DNA from: a virus
IMG/VR virus record: IMGVR_UViG_3300032116_000065
Coordinates: 37,319 to 101,318 of that record
Strand: one strand, 5' to 3'
Length of the DNA: 64,000 nucleotides
A program made the position numbers and the translations under genes. Of the stretch, positions 47,977-57,695 are shown one piece after another. Every line of letters starts with the position of its first letter. The first letter of the stretch is position 1. The notes under the pieces are model-generated. The model was not told the origin of the DNA. It made no database searches and saw only the letters and a program-made list of their open reading frames with translations.

Positions 47977-50504
47977 TCTAGTGAATCAACCTTTTCACTT
48001 TGCCAATCAATAGCAGATAAAATGATATCAAGAGGCTCAAGAAATGACTTATCAAATTGTAAGTCATAATCAATATATTGCTCAGCACCCAGTTGCTTTG
48101 GTAAACCAGACAAAAATGCAAGAGTGTTGTTGTTGAAGATATTTGGTTGCTTGAGATAAACAAACTTGATCTTCTCACCCTCTTGAATTTGCTGGTATCG
48201 TTTTGTGAGATTCAGTTCACGCAAGAAGTGATTGTAAACGAGAGCACCCTTGACATGAATTGGTGTACCCTTCTTGAAGATACTTGCAGAATCACCATAC
48301 TCACCAAGACCATTTACCGATCTTGGGAATGAGATATCTTCAACAGGCAATTTTCTGAACTCTACACGAAACTTATCAATGAACTTATGCAAATCATCTT
48401 GAGTTTGGGTCATGATAATATTGATTGCTTCTTTAATCTTCGTGCGACAAGCAGACGGTGTAGAAGATTTGACAGCCTCAAGACCCATGATCTTGAGTTT
48501 AGGTTTGGCATACGCCACACCTTCGCTGTTATACACGTTGAGAATATATCGTTTCTTCGCAGTCCAGATTGCTTTGTCTGCAAGAGACTCACGCTTCATT
48601 TCCATGCGCTGCTGATACGCATTGACATATTCTTTCAGTTCTTCATACGATGCATCAATGAACGGTTGAATCTTATCATCGCAAACCTTATCCATAAACT
48701 TGATAACTTTTTTAGTGTCATCAACATTCGGATACAACTTCTTGACCAATGGACCCATATTCAGATAGATCGAATCGGTATCCGAAGCAATCACATAATC
48801 TTCATCTTGAGTCTTGAGAAGTTTGTTCATATACTCGTTGATCTTCTTTTCAATCCAACGAATAGACAACTGACCTGCTGTAGTAATGCCCTCGGCGATA
48901 CGAATATCAAAGAAGCGGAAGTATTGATTGCCAAGTGCACCGTAAGCAGAGTTCAGAGTAACTTTCTTTGCCAACTGAAGATTATTATATCGCGCGACTT
49001 GTTTCTCGAGATACTGCACTTGATTCTTATCTTCAAGAACAGTTTCGATTTTCTTCTTGGCTTCAATTGCCAACTTCTTATAGCGTGTGCGGTCTTTGTA
49101 CATGCTATCCATAATCTCAGGCAGAACACCTTGACCCTTGTTCACATGAAACAGCTGACCATTTGGTGTTACAGTTACACCAAGATCTTTTAGAATTGCA
49201 GTGTCAACTTCTTGATTGAGTAGATTTTCAACGTTAGCATTACAGTTCTGAATAAAGCCACGCATGTTATCAGTATACTTCGTTGGTTCAATCAAAGTCT
49301 CCATCGAAATGTTATACTGCATGATCAAGTGCGGATACAGACTGTTCAAGTCAAATGACGCAACCCATTCGTGCATGCCAAGGATTGGATCCTTAACATA
49401 AGCACCTTCATACTGCGAACTCTTTGATCCCTTCTTCATTTGAGGGATGACAATCTTTTTCTTCAACAAGTAATTGTAGACAATCGCGTCCCACATACGA
49501 ACCTGCGTGAACACATCATCGTAGTTTACTTTGTTGTCATAAGCAAGAGTCAACGCCAACTCAATCAACTTCATCTTGTCTTCGAGTTTCTCGACCAACT
49601 CGACATCCTTGATGTTATACTCAATGAATTTTTGATAGTCGTGCTTGTAGAGTTGGTGCAGCGTTTCGAATTCAGAGTAATCTAATTTCTTTTCACCCAA
49701 CTCAACGTGAGCAATATTGTCTAGTCTGTACGACTCTTGCTGTGAATAAGTAAACTTGCGATAGAGTTGAATGTAATCAAGAATTGCAATTCCAGAAATA
49801 TCATAGAACTGCACAGGACGATTCATCATCACAGTATCGCGTTTGCTGATACGATTCCAAGGAGAAAGTTTCTTGGCTTCATCTTCACCAAAGAGTTTGG
49901 TGATACGATTCGTAAGATATGGAATATCGAATTGCTCGACGTTCCAACCAGTGACTACATCTGGATGCCATCTTGTCCATAAGTCGAGGAATCTTCGTAT
50001 AAGGTCGGACTCATCGCGACACTTTGCATAGTGCACGTCGTCACGATGCTTGTTATAATCGCCGCAACCAAACACAAAATAATTACCCTTGACTTTGATA
50101 GAGATTGCTGTGATTGATTCGTTTGCATCTCTTGGTTCTGGAAATCCGTTTTCGGATCCAACTTCGATATCAAGATAGGCAATAAGTATTTTACTGACAT
50201 CCCAAAGAATATCGTCAGGATACTCATCAGCAATATAAGCATACTCATAGCGATTATTCCCAAAAACAGGAAAATTGTCGACACTTTCGTACCTCTCTAA
50301 GAATTCACGACACTCAGGAATTGTTCCTGGCTGAATTGGTTTCACATACTCACCAGCAAGAGTTGTATACTCAGACTTTTCTTGGCTGGAAAGAAAAAAG
50401 GTCGGACGGAATTCAACCTTCCGTCTGACCCTTCTATCATTCTCTACGCCTCTGAAGAGAATAAACTTTCCAGAGACGCAGATGTTAGTATAAAAATCGG
50501 ACAT
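47961..50504 (-). CDS. 43: Family B DNA polymerase (T4 gp43), uninterrupted
   Basis: LDIEV (ExoI), GWN...FDIPY, SFDLNSLYP, K...NSAYG, ASDTDS, KKRY. Confidence 0.97.
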   Translation of the reverse strand: MSDFYTNICVSGKFILFRGVENDRRVRRKVEFRPTFFLSSQEKSEYTTLAGEYVKPIQPGTIPECREFLERYESVDNFPVFGNNRYEYAYIADEYPDDILWDVSKILIAYLDIEVGSENGFPEPRDANESITAISIKVKGNYFVFGCGDYNKHRDDVHYAKCRDESDLIRRFLDLWTRWHPDVVTGWNVEQFDIPYLTNRITKLFGEDEAKKLSPWNRISKRDTVMMNRPVQFYDISGIAILDYIQLYRKFTYSQQESYRLDNIAHVELGEKKLDYSEFETLHQLYKHDYQKFIEYNIKDVELVEKLEDKMKLIELALTLAYDNKVNYDDVFTQVRMWDAIVYNYLLKKKIVIPQMKKGSKSSQYEGAYVKDPILGMHEWVASFDLNSLYPHLIMQYNISMETLIEPTKYTDNMRGFIQNCNANVENLLNQEVDTAILKDLGVTVTPNGQLFHVNKGQGVLPEIMDSMYKDRTRYKKLAIEAKKKIETVLEDKNQVQYLEKQVARYNNLQLAKKVTLNSAYGALGNQYFRFFDIRIAEGITTAGQLSIRWIEKKINEYMNKLLKTQDEDYVIASDTDSIYLNMGPLVKKLYPNVDDTKKVIKFMDKVCDDKIQPFIDASYEELKEYVNAYQQRMEMKRESLADKAIWTAKKRYILNVYNSEGVAYAKPKLKIMGLEAVKSSTPSACRTKIKEAINIIMTQTQDDLHKFIDKFRVEFRKLPVEDISFPRSVNGLGEYGDSASIFKKGTPIHVKGALVYNHFLRELNLTKRYQQIQEGEKIKFVYLKQPNIFNNNTLAFLSGLPKQLGAEQYIDYDLQFDKSFLEPLDIILSAIDWQSEKVDSLDCFFE

Positions 50505-50505
50505 A

Positions 50506-50802
50506 TTACCCCAAAATCAAATCCTTGGGAGGAACGACAATTCCTGCACCGAAGATCTGATTATACCCGTTTTTCACTTCCTCGGCAACATCACCAGCAG
50601 TAATAATCTTGTCACGACTGATTGTGAAAGGACCATCAGCGGCTTGCATCCAAGGCATAAATCCAAGAGCAGGACCATCCTGTCGACGTTGCATTACGCA
50701 AGCAACAGGATTCTTGAAGGTGATTAGATCCCCTTCTTCATTTGTAATTTCTACTACTAATTCCTCGCCACTTACGAGTTTCAGTGCTTTGATGTTCGAC
50801 AT
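50506..50802 (-). CDS. Small Sm-like/hypothetical protein
   Basis: KALKLVSGEEL...NP...PW...Y.Q.FG.GIV.P; start moved to ATG 50802. Confidence 0.6.
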   Translation of the reverse strand: MSNIKALKLVSGEELVVEITNEEGDLITFKNPVACVMQRRQDGPALGFMPWMQAADGPFTISRDKIITAGDVAEEVKNGYNQIFGAGIVVPPKDLILG

Positions 50803-50992
50803 TTTGTTTCTTCCTTTTGTAATTATCAAATAAATCTTTTTCTCTCAGACTTTGCGGCAATCCGTTTCGATAAAAAACATCATGTGCCATTGTCCAAGTA
50901 TCTTTGCCAACTTTGATATACCAACCACCAAACTCTTTGATCTCTATTTCTTTAGAGACCATAAAGTCATTTAGTTCTCTGAGAGAGTGCAT
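50738..50992 (-). CDS. Hypothetical protein
   Basis: ATG coupled to the upstream stop; 84 aa. Confidence 0.55.
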   Translation of the reverse strand: MHSLRELNDFMVSKEIEIKEFGGWYIKVGKDTWTMAHDVFYRNGLPQSLREKDLFDNYKRKKQNVEHQSTETRKWRGISSRNYK

Positions 50993-51198
50993 TATTCACT
51001 ATCACCTGCATCACGATTTTCAGTATTATGTCGCTTCATCTTGAAGCCAACATGATTGGCGTGAGCATTTATCATTGATCGACGAAGATCACCACGTGCA
51101 TGTTGATCACCAGTAAAGTTATAAACTTGACCCATTGTAAGCATGCGCTTGATGCTGCGTGGAAGTTTTGCACTAAAAAAGTCACTACGATTAGCCAT
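50992..51198 (-). CDS. Hypothetical basic protein
   Basis: Start moved to ATG 51198 (MANRSDFF), SD GAGGA upstream. Confidence 0.6.
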   Translation of the reverse strand: MANRSDFFSAKLPRSIKRMLTMGQVYNFTGDQHARGDLRRSMINAHANHVGFKMKRHNTENRDAGDSE

Positions 51199-51883
51199 TG
51201 AGTAATTCCTCACACTTCTTTGTAAATCTTTCGTTTTGTCCTGGATGAAAACTTTGGTACATATGCCAGAACAAATCCATTGTTGTACCATCTCTATTTG
51301 TAAGACCAAATGTTGTGCCGATGCCATACTTCGGCATACCATCAGCAAGATCCCAGTATGGTGGTGCATCCTTTGGTTCCCAATCCATACGAATTGGCGG
51401 TGCATCATAACGCAGCGGCATCAAGATCTCAATAGGTATATTACTCTCTCTGGCTCTAAAAGTCAATTCTTCTGCAACATCACCACGATAGTTTGGCATA
51501 AACGAAGGATTGCCAAGTTTACGATACATTTCAACAGTGAATGTTACGTTATGTGGTGCGCAGAAAACATGTTGATCATTCTGTATATGATTGCTTCGCT
51601 GTGCAGAGCCAATCACCTTCCCCATATATGCTCTTTCGAAAAAGTAATTGAGTGCATTATTTTCCAGAGGCAAACAATCAATGTCCAAGAACATAATTGC
51701 ATCATGCCCTTTTTGTTCGAGCATATCAACAAGTTTATCCATTGTATAGCCAGGAGGTGCCTCTGTGTATACATGATAGTGTGGAATCTTTGATACATTA
51801 TATTTCTCAACAACTTGTTTCTGTAGAGCAACAAGTTTTTGATCAATATTGTTCATGAATATAGATGCGATACATGGGTTCAT
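51191..51883 (-). CDS. Putative GT-A fold glycosyltransferase
   Basis: IMFLDIDCLP (DxD) motif, RGDVAEELT; lies in the GT/MTase cluster. Confidence 0.55.
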   Translation of the reverse strand: MNPCIASIFMNNIDQKLVALQKQVVEKYNVSKIPHYHVYTEAPPGYTMDKLVDMLEQKGHDAIMFLDIDCLPLENNALNYFFERAYMGKVIGSAQRSNHIQNDQHVFCAPHNVTFTVEMYRKLGNPSFMPNYRGDVAEELTFRARESNIPIEILMPLRYDAPPIRMDWEPKDAPPYWDLADGMPKYGIGTTFGLTNRDGTTMDLFWHMYQSFHPGQNERFTKKCEELLNG

Positions 51884-52674
51884 TATGTTTCTCCAATAGT
51901 TCCTGAAATTGTTATCCACAAAGGCTTGATATCAATTTCTTCTTCAGGATATACAAATCCATATGGCTTTTCGCAGACAGCAATATAATAGCCATTCCAC
52001 CAATCTGGATCATAGTGAATTTCATCATTTACTTTTTGAGTGTTGCCGAATATTTCCCATTCTTTATGAACTTTGACATATGCCGATTCAAATCCCAATC
52101 GAGTTCCTTCGCGGACCGCTTCTGTATTCCAATCATCGACAATATAAATGAATACATCTGATAAAGAATTCACATAGTATGTGATTGCTTGAGTGTGATC
52201 TTCTTTTGTATGTCCTGCATCGAACAGATACGTGTTGATATCACGAATGTCGAACTTGTCTGGCGGAAGAAGATCGAAACAGTCGCCTTGTATGCAGGTA
52301 AAGTTTGTGATGCCATTATCTTCGCAGTTGTCTAGAAAATATAGAAATAGTCCATTCTTGACATTGATTCCAGAATACTCAACGTCCACTTTCATATCCA
52401 TTTCCCAACTATCTTTTGCCGAGAATGAATCAACTACGAATGCAGATTTTGGCTTGTTGCCATACATTGCATTGATAAATGTAGAGCCTGTAAATGTGCC
52501 AACCTCTAGATAGTTGGTATCATCTTTCACAAGTTCATTTAGAAGAATTCGAATCTTTTTTCCAGATAATCCTTTGACTTCACTGATTTGCTTTTCTGTC
52601 AACTTTGTCTGATTATCATTAGCGCATTTGAGAGCAGACTCAACTCTCTCAACATATTTTTTTACTTGATCCAT
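51883..52674 (-). CDS. Class I SAM-dependent methyltransferase (Methyltransf_24-like)
   Basis: YLEVGTFTGST, VVDSF, LFDAGH, IVDDWN. Confidence 0.8.
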   Translation of the reverse strand: MDQVKKYVERVESALKCANDNQTKLTEKQISEVKGLSGKKIRILLNELVKDDTNYLEVGTFTGSTFINAMYGNKPKSAFVVDSFSAKDSWEMDMKVDVEYSGINVKNGLFLYFLDNCEDNGITNFTCIQGDCFDLLPPDKFDIRDINTYLFDAGHTKEDHTQAITYYVNSLSDVFIYIVDDWNTEAVREGTRLGFESAYVKVHKEWEIFGNTQKVNDEIHYDPDWWNGYYIAVCEKPYGFVYPEEEIDIKPLWITISGTIGET

Positions 52675-53303
52675 GCAGCCTTCCCATGAAAGTCTACAAC
52701 CTTATCACCAAATACTTCTTTTGCAGCAACCTTGATTGGGTTGTGGTGCCAATCGTCAATGATCATATATCCACCCTCTCTCAAAACTTCTGAATATCGA
52801 AACAAATCGATCTTTACATATTCGTAGTCATGAGCAGCATCAATATAAATCAAATCGGCTTGCACACCCCAATGCTTCAACGCAAGAGCACCATTACCAG
52901 AGTCGACTGGAAATGGCGTGATCACATCTTGTAGTTTCTCATGAACAATGTTTGATAAGAATTGATCATAGATTTTTGGACGACCATTTTTTCTAGTTTC
53001 TAGAAGATCAAATGTTCCCATAGTGCAATAGTGTTCATATGAACCGAGAAATGTGTCAACGCAAATAACTTCAAGTTCAACATCTCGAACACCCTCAGCC
53101 AAAGTAAGTTTTGCCATGTTTATGGCAGAGGCACCTTTCCAAGTTCCCACTTCAATGATTGTTTTAGGTTTGAGTTTTTTGATTGCTTCGCTGAAACTCT
53201 CTCCTGTGCTCGACCATCCCTGAGTATCTTTCTCTAGAACATCTAGATCTTGAAAGATGTCAGTTCCAATTCCATGGATTTTATCGCTTATTGTTTTAGC
53301 CAT
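52662..53303 (-). CDS. Class I SAM-dependent methyltransferase (Methyltransf_24-like)
   Basis: IIEVGTWKGAS, CVDTF.G, DLIYIDAAHDY, GG.M..DDW; start moved to ATG 53303. Confidence 0.85.
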   Translation of the reverse strand: MAKTISDKIHGIGTDIFQDLDVLEKDTQGWSSTGESFSEAIKKLKPKTIIEVGTWKGASAINMAKLTLAEGVRDVELEVICVDTFLGSYEHYCTMGTFDLLETRKNGRPKIYDQFLSNIVHEKLQDVITPFPVDSGNGALALKHWGVQADLIYIDAAHDYEYVKIDLFRYSEVLREGGYMIIDDWHHNPIKVAAKEVFGDKVVDFHGKAAWIK

Positions 53304-54048
53304 GATTTTTCCATGGTAATTTGTTATTATGCAATTGCAACATCGCTTGGTTTCCACGAAGGAAAAACTCTCCCTGTACGGAGAGTCCTGTATTACCAAC
53401 TCGATATTTCACTGTATAGTCGCGAGTGCAATCATACTTTAGATTGTTTTGTTTTCCCATTAGTATTGATGCAATGGCTCGATCGATTTCCATCTGACCT
53501 GGCTCGCGAAATTTGCGATACCAAACTGGACTCATGCCAACTGCCACTTCTTTCTTGACAAAATAACAATTGACGTCAACAAAGAAATCTTGTGGACTGA
53601 GAATAGAATGCCATAAACCAAGACTCTCACAATCATCTAAACAGATTACATTGCTATCTTTATCTATAATCTTTCTAAACGAAAAAGCCCAATCGAGTTT
53701 CTTTTCTTGAACAATTTTTATGAGACTTTCTATATGAGTTGGTTCTAGAACATTGTCATCATCTAACCAAATATGATAATCGCCATCTGCGAAATAAGTA
53801 GCAGCACCATACACACGGTGACCGTTGTAACGATTAGTGCCTGTAGGGTAGGGTAAAATGCAGACATGTTCATTCATTCCATTTGGGAATTCAGAAGCCA
53901 ATAAGATTTCGTCTGCCTTATTCCAACGTTCTTTACCATCAACAACTACAATGTGCTCGATATTTTGGTATGTTTGCGCTCTTACAGATGCAATGCATTC
54001 TGCAAGATATGGGTTGCCTGTGGTTGGTGTGATGACAGAGACTTTCAC
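53296..54048 (-). CDS. GT2-family glycosyltransferase
   Basis: VSVITPT, SV..QTY.NIEHIVVVDG, WLDDDN. Confidence 0.85.
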   Translation of the reverse strand: MKVSVITPTTGNPYLAECIASVRAQTYQNIEHIVVVDGKERWNKADEILLASEFPNGMNEHVCILPYPTGTNRYNGHRVYGAATYFADGDYHIWLDDDNVLEPTHIESLIKIVQEKKLDWAFSFRKIIDKDSNVICLDDCESLGLWHSILSPQDFFVDVNCYFVKKEVAVGMSPVWYRKFREPGQMEIDRAIASILMGKQNNLKYDCTRDYTVKYRVGNTGLSVQGEFFLRGNQAMLQLHNNKLPWKNHG

Positions 54049-54830
54049 TTGAACATCACCTTGCTGCCAGGAACTTGTTCGCTCAATCTCTGCTCAACTT
54101 TCTTAGACAAATTGATGTCGTTGAAAGCATAAATGAATCCTCTTCGAACCAATACCTGTTTGTATCCGTATTGCTGAAGAACTTCAATCATAGCATCTTT
54201 TCTTTCTTTATACCAGTCATCATTCCAACATTCAATCATGAGAGGAGGAGTCTGATTATTCTCTATAATCTTTCCTGAACCTTTAAGCACTTCCAGTTCC
54301 ATTCCAGAAACTGTGATCTTGACTAGAGCAACATTACCAAATCTAAAATCATCTAGAGTTCGTAATTCGTAAACATCGATCTCATTTGGAACTGGAATAT
54401 TTCTATTTGTATAACTATCGATCAAAAAAGAAAATGCACCATGATTCACAGCAGCAAGATCGAAAATGGCATGATCAATGACCTCATTTCGATCTGCAAC
54501 ACCAAATCTATAGCAACGAACATTGTATAGTCTATTCAGCAGCGCATTTGCATTCAATTGCTGATTGATGGCAGGAACTGGCTCAAATGCCTCGAAGATA
54601 TGACTCTTCATGTATTTGATTGCGAGCGGCACAGTGAATCCACCGAGACCAGAACCAACATCAATAACTCTGTTGCCCTTATTTTCGCTTAAAACTATAT
54701 CTGCAATTTCTAAGTTGTAGGTGTTCCAATATTGGTTTCGTCGAATCTCATCAGAAATAATTTCTGTCTGAGCGAACAAAGCATATTGAGTTCCGTTTCT
54801 AGTAACGTGGACTTTTACTTCTGGTTGCAT
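54045..54830 (-). CDS. FkbM-family methyltransferase (motif partly divergent)
   Basis: VIDVG...G, AFEP, TLDD, KITVSGMELEVLKG (canonical KIDVEG). Confidence 0.7.
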   Translation of the reverse strand: MQPEVKVHVTRNGTQYALFAQTEIISDEIRRNQYWNTYNLEIADIVLSENKGNRVIDVGSGLGGFTVPLAIKYMKSHIFEAFEPVPAINQQLNANALLNRLYNVRCYRFGVADRNEVIDHAIFDLAAVNHGAFSFLIDSYTNRNIPVPNEIDVYELRTLDDFRFGNVALVKITVSGMELEVLKGSGKIIENNQTPPLMIECWNDDWYKERKDAMIEVLQQYGYKQVLVRRGFIYAFNDINLSKKVEQRLSEQVPGSKVMFK

Positions 54831-54832
54831 AA

Positions 54833-55321
54833 TTAATCCCAAAGATTCTCATAGTATTTGCCAAACAAACGAAAGGCATTTTTCTTGCGAGCATAGTATG
54901 CTTTGGCTTTTTCGGTATCATAAACTGGCTCAACAAGAGTTATCATCTCGCTCCAATCTTGACCTTCCTTCTTGACCCACTTGTGTTTGCCTTTCTTGAT
55001 ACAGAAATTTGGGTCACGGTCTTTGGCAAGTTCGCCAAATGCCCAAATCATCTCTTTCATGATCCAGTCCCAACGCTTGAAGTGATTGGAGTCAGTATCC
55101 CATTCGTTCTTCTTTGGTTTTGCGTTGGTAGAACGAAGATGCTCAGGCACATCTTCGTCATCGGTATATGGTGCACCATGATTGGTTTTGTGCAACTGCC
55201 TGAGCATCGGATGAATGATGTCAGCAAGAGTATGCGCCATGTTCCATGTATCCCATGAATCAATGCGAATAGACTTTTTCTGTTCACCTTTCTTCGGATA
55301 TTTACCGATAGAGATCTTCAT
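54833..55321 (-). CDS. Conserved phage hypothetical protein
   Basis: I.ID.WDTW.M..TLA.II.P.L...W.W...EMI.AF...LFGKYY..LWD. Confidence 0.7.
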   Translation of the reverse strand: MKISIGKYPKKGEQKKSIRIDSWDTWNMAHTLADIIHPMLRQLHKTNHGAPYTDDEDVPEHLRSTNAKPKKNEWDTDSNHFKRWDWIMKEMIWAFGELAKDRDPNFCIKKGKHKWVKKEGQDWSEMITLVEPVYDTEKAKAYYARKKNAFRLFGKYYENLWD

Positions 55322-55323
55322 AA

Positions 55324-55416
55324 TTACTTTTTCTTTTTTCTTCGAGCCTGTCGTTTCTTTGAACCGAGTTTAGCACGACCCTTTCCGAAACCTTTTGTTC
55401 CTGTTTTGGCTGGCAT
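55324..55416 (-). CDS. 30-aa highly basic peptide
   Basis: Not in ORF track. MPAKTGTKGFGKGRAKLGSKKRQARRKKKK*, SD AAGGAG, fills the gap between neighbours exactly. Confidence 0.7.
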   Translation of the reverse strand: MPAKTGTKGFGKGRAKLGSKKRQARRKKKK

Positions 55417-55418
55417 GA

Positions 55419-55847
55419 TTACACTCCTTCGTCTGCTTTCTTGGCAAGATTGTGATATGCGGCAAGTTCATATGCTTCCTCGCTCAATCCTGGAGTGCTG
55501 TCGCGAATTCGAATCACTTCAGCGTTGACTTCTTCATCGCTGAAATTATACTTTGAATTTTTCTGCGCATCAACAAGATCAAGGTTACTTCTAACTTCAT
55601 CTTCTTCGTTCCATGAGCCAGTGCTCCAAGAATCATTCCAATCATCATTCTTACTGGAAATGATCAACTCTGCACCTTCTTCAAATTTATAGCCAGCAGC
55701 AGAAAGAAAGTTTTGAAACTCATTTAGAATTTCATGAACGCTCAGATCATCATCATTCAACTGCATAGTAACAGACTTTGTAGAGTTTCGATCATAAAAA
55801 GAACCTCTAGAAATCTCACCTTCAAATTCAAATATCATTCTTGACAT
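55419..55847 (-). CDS. Hypothetical acidic protein
   Basis: IL.EF..FL.A.GY.F motif; SD GGTG. Confidence 0.65.
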   Translation of the reverse strand: MSRMIFEFEGEISRGSFYDRNSTKSVTMQLNDDDLSVHEILNEFQNFLSAAGYKFEEGAELIISSKNDDWNDSWSTGSWNEEDEVRSNLDLVDAQKNSKYNFSDEEVNAEVIRIRDSTPGLSEEAYELAAYHNLAKKADEGV

Positions 55848-55854
55848 AAGTCAC

Positions 55855-56040
55855 CTATAAAATATTATTTTGATAATCACGTTGTATATATTCACGTTGC
55901 CTGCATTCTTCTATTATACGCTCCTGCTCTGACAAAGGCAACTTTGTCCAAACAGTTATCTCTTCTTTTGTGCGAAAACACCCAACGCAATATTCACGTT
56001 GGGTGTCTAGTTTGCAAATCCCTTTACAGGGACTGATCAA
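55855..56040 (-). CDS. DUF1289-like Cys-rich protein
   Basis: SPC.GIC.LD....C.GC.RT..EI..W. Confidence 0.75.
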   Translation of the reverse strand: MISPCKGICKLDTQREYCVGCFRTKEEITVWTKLPLSEQERIIEECRQREYIQRDYQNNIL

Positions 56041-56246
56041 AGTTTGAACTTTTCTTCGACAGTAAACTTGTTGACATAATAATCATATATCAACCAAGCA
56101 AACCAACCCATCATGCTCACAAGCATGAGAATCAATCCCAATCGGAGACCAAGAATCTCAAGAAGAATATACCAACCAACACCAACAACAGTCACAAATG
56201 CAAGTGACTTCAGCGTTTCAACAATAGCCTTTGAACGAATACTCAT
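56037..56246 (-). CDS. Small two-TM membrane protein
   Basis: Two hydrophobic segments; SD GAGGA. Confidence 0.65.
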   Translation of the reverse strand: MSIRSKAIVETLKSLAFVTVVGVGWYILLEILGLRLGLILMLVSMMGWFAWLIYDYYVNKFTVEEKFKL

Positions 56247-56249
56247 AAA

Positions 56250-56417
56250 TTATTCCTCATCAGATGGACGACTTGGTTGTTTCGGGACAACCACTTTCCC
56301 GCATCGTTTGCAAGTTTTGTTTACAAGGATGTCAAAGGGATAGTAACTGCAACGACTTTCTCGCCACAATCCTTCCCATTTATGCAGACCAAAGAAACAG
56401 AGAATACGACCGATCAT
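56250..56417 (-). CDS. 55-aa Cys/His zinc-finger-like protein
   Basis: Not in ORF track. MIGRILCFFGLHKW...TCKRCGK; ATGA-coupled to the upstream gene. Confidence 0.65.
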   Translation of the reverse strand: MIGRILCFFGLHKWEGLWRESRCSYYPFDILVNKTCKRCGKVVVPKQPSRPSDEE

Positions 56418-56734
56418 CCGCGTCGCATTCTCGAGATATCTTGCATCTGCTCTTCATTGATAACTGGCACTGCGTTCGACTTGTGCATCGTAGCAATACC
56501 CTTCACCAAAGTGCCTGTGTATTTCAGGCTCTCTCTTTTTTCTGTAAAGATACGATCAGAGTTCAGCGACTCAAGTTTTCGCGCATCGCCAGCACCAACA
56601 CGATGTCCATATGAAAGACTCGGAATACTCAACACACCAGAAACTGCTTCCGAGCGCCGATACTTTCGAGCAACTTCACCTTTTGCTTTGCGTTTCTTTT
56701 TGGGTTTGAAACGCGCAGCGCAATAGATCATCAT
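56414..56734 (-). CDS. Conserved T4-like hypothetical basic protein
   Basis: YTG....GIA.MHKSNAVPV.......DIS.MRR. Confidence 0.7.
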   Translation of the reverse strand: MMIYCAARFKPKKKRKAKGEVARKYRRSEAVSGVLSIPSLSYGHRVGAGDARKLESLNSDRIFTEKRESLKYTGTLVKGIATMHKSNAVPVINEEQMQDISRMRRG

Positions 56735-56919
56735 AGCGGATAAGTTTCTACATGTTCGTTATAGAAGCGACTAACTTCGTTAATCTTTGCGCGCATTTCA
56801 TAAGGCACAGGCATGTCATGAATTGCAGTTAGTGCAATCATTTCATTTACAAACTTGCGCAACACACGCAACTCTTCCATTGTGCCTCTCGGCATCACTT
56901 CAAAATCACCTTCACTCAT
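56731..56919 (-). CDS. Hypothetical protein
   Basis: Translationally coupled 62-aa ORF. Confidence 0.6.
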   Translation of the reverse strand: MSEGDFEVMPRGTMEELRVLRKFVNEMIALTAIHDMPVPYEMRAKINEVSRFYNEHVETYPL

Positions 56920-57140
56920 TAGACTTTCTCCACAAGTTTAGACAAAGTATGATCAGCAATCTTGGCTCGAATCATCGTAGGAATATCCGAGTATGGATCT
57001 TCCAAGAAATAAGAGCAACCTTCTCTCCAACTATTATATTTCACAAACCTTGCAAAATCAAGCATATGTTTGCGATTGCTCGCATCAAACGGAACTCTTG
57101 TCCTTGGTGCAAGAATAGAACGACGATATTCACTTATCAT
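56919..57140 (-). CDS. Hypothetical protein
   Basis: FD.SN..H...F..F.....W...C.Y.LE.P...IP.MI; SD GGGGAG. Confidence 0.65.
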   Translation of the reverse strand: MISEYRRSILAPRTRVPFDASNRKHMLDFARFVKYNSWREGCSYFLEDPYSDIPTMIRAKIADHTLSKLVEKV

Positions 57141-57240
57141 AATAGTATCTCCCCTTTCGTTTTGCAGGAATACAGACTAGTATACCTGCAATCAGACCAA
57201 AAAGAAAGCCTACGATGAATGTCAAATGTGGATCATTCAT
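57130..57240 (-). CDS. 36-aa single-TM peptide
   Basis: Not in ORF track. MNDPHLTFIVGFLFGLIAGILVCIPAKRKGRYYYDK*; ATGA overlap with the upstream stop. Confidence 0.55.
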   Translation of the reverse strand: MNDPHLTFIVGFLFGLIAGILVCIPAKRKGRYYYDK

Positions 57241-57461
57241 TTGATTGCCCAGTTCCAATCCTCATCAGTCGGTGGAGCCAATCGTTCTGTCTCGATATCA
57301 TGAGCAAGAGTGTCAATGACATCCCAACCAAGTTCGATCAAACGATCTTGAACATAATCAGCACGAACGCCACGCAGTTCTTCCTCTGTAAAGATTACAA
57401 CAGCGCAACCCAACTCTTCGAGTTGACGGCTCAATTCAACAATTCTTGCCATGTCAGTCAT
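57237..57461 (-). CDS. Hypothetical early protein
   Basis: 74-aa coupled ORF. Confidence 0.6.
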   Translation of the reverse strand: MTDMARIVELSRQLEELGCAVVIFTEEELRGVRADYVQDRLIELGWDVIDTLAHDIETERLAPPTDEDWNWAIK

Positions 57462-57694
57462 TAGTAGTGCTCCGCATTGTAATCAACATCACCTGGATCA
57501 AACACCAGATCATCATAAGAAACAACATCACCATCAGTCTCGCTGTAATCCATATCGCCACTCTCATAAGCAGCAAGAACATCATGAACCTGCGTCAGCG
57601 AAAGACCAAGAGACTTCGCAATCTCTGCTTCCTTCATACCATCTTCGCGATACATCGTAACGATATCAATCGCAATGTCTTTGAAATATCCCAT
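57461..57694 (-). CDS. Hypothetical protein with HTH-like segment and acidic tail
   Basis: MKEAEIAKSLGLSLTQV; start moved to ATG 57694. Confidence 0.6.
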   Translation of the reverse strand: MGYFKDIAIDIVTMYREDGMKEAEIAKSLGLSLTQVHDVLAAYESGDMDYSETDGDVVSYDDLVFDPGDVDYNAEHY

Positions 57695-57695
57695 A

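Noticed and set aside
48387-49193. 268-aa plus-strand ORF
   Set aside because: Antisense shadow of gene 43 with no recognisable motifs.
47961-50504. Intein, intron or split in the DNA polymerase
   Set aside because: Continuous 847-aa ORF with all motifs at normal spacing.
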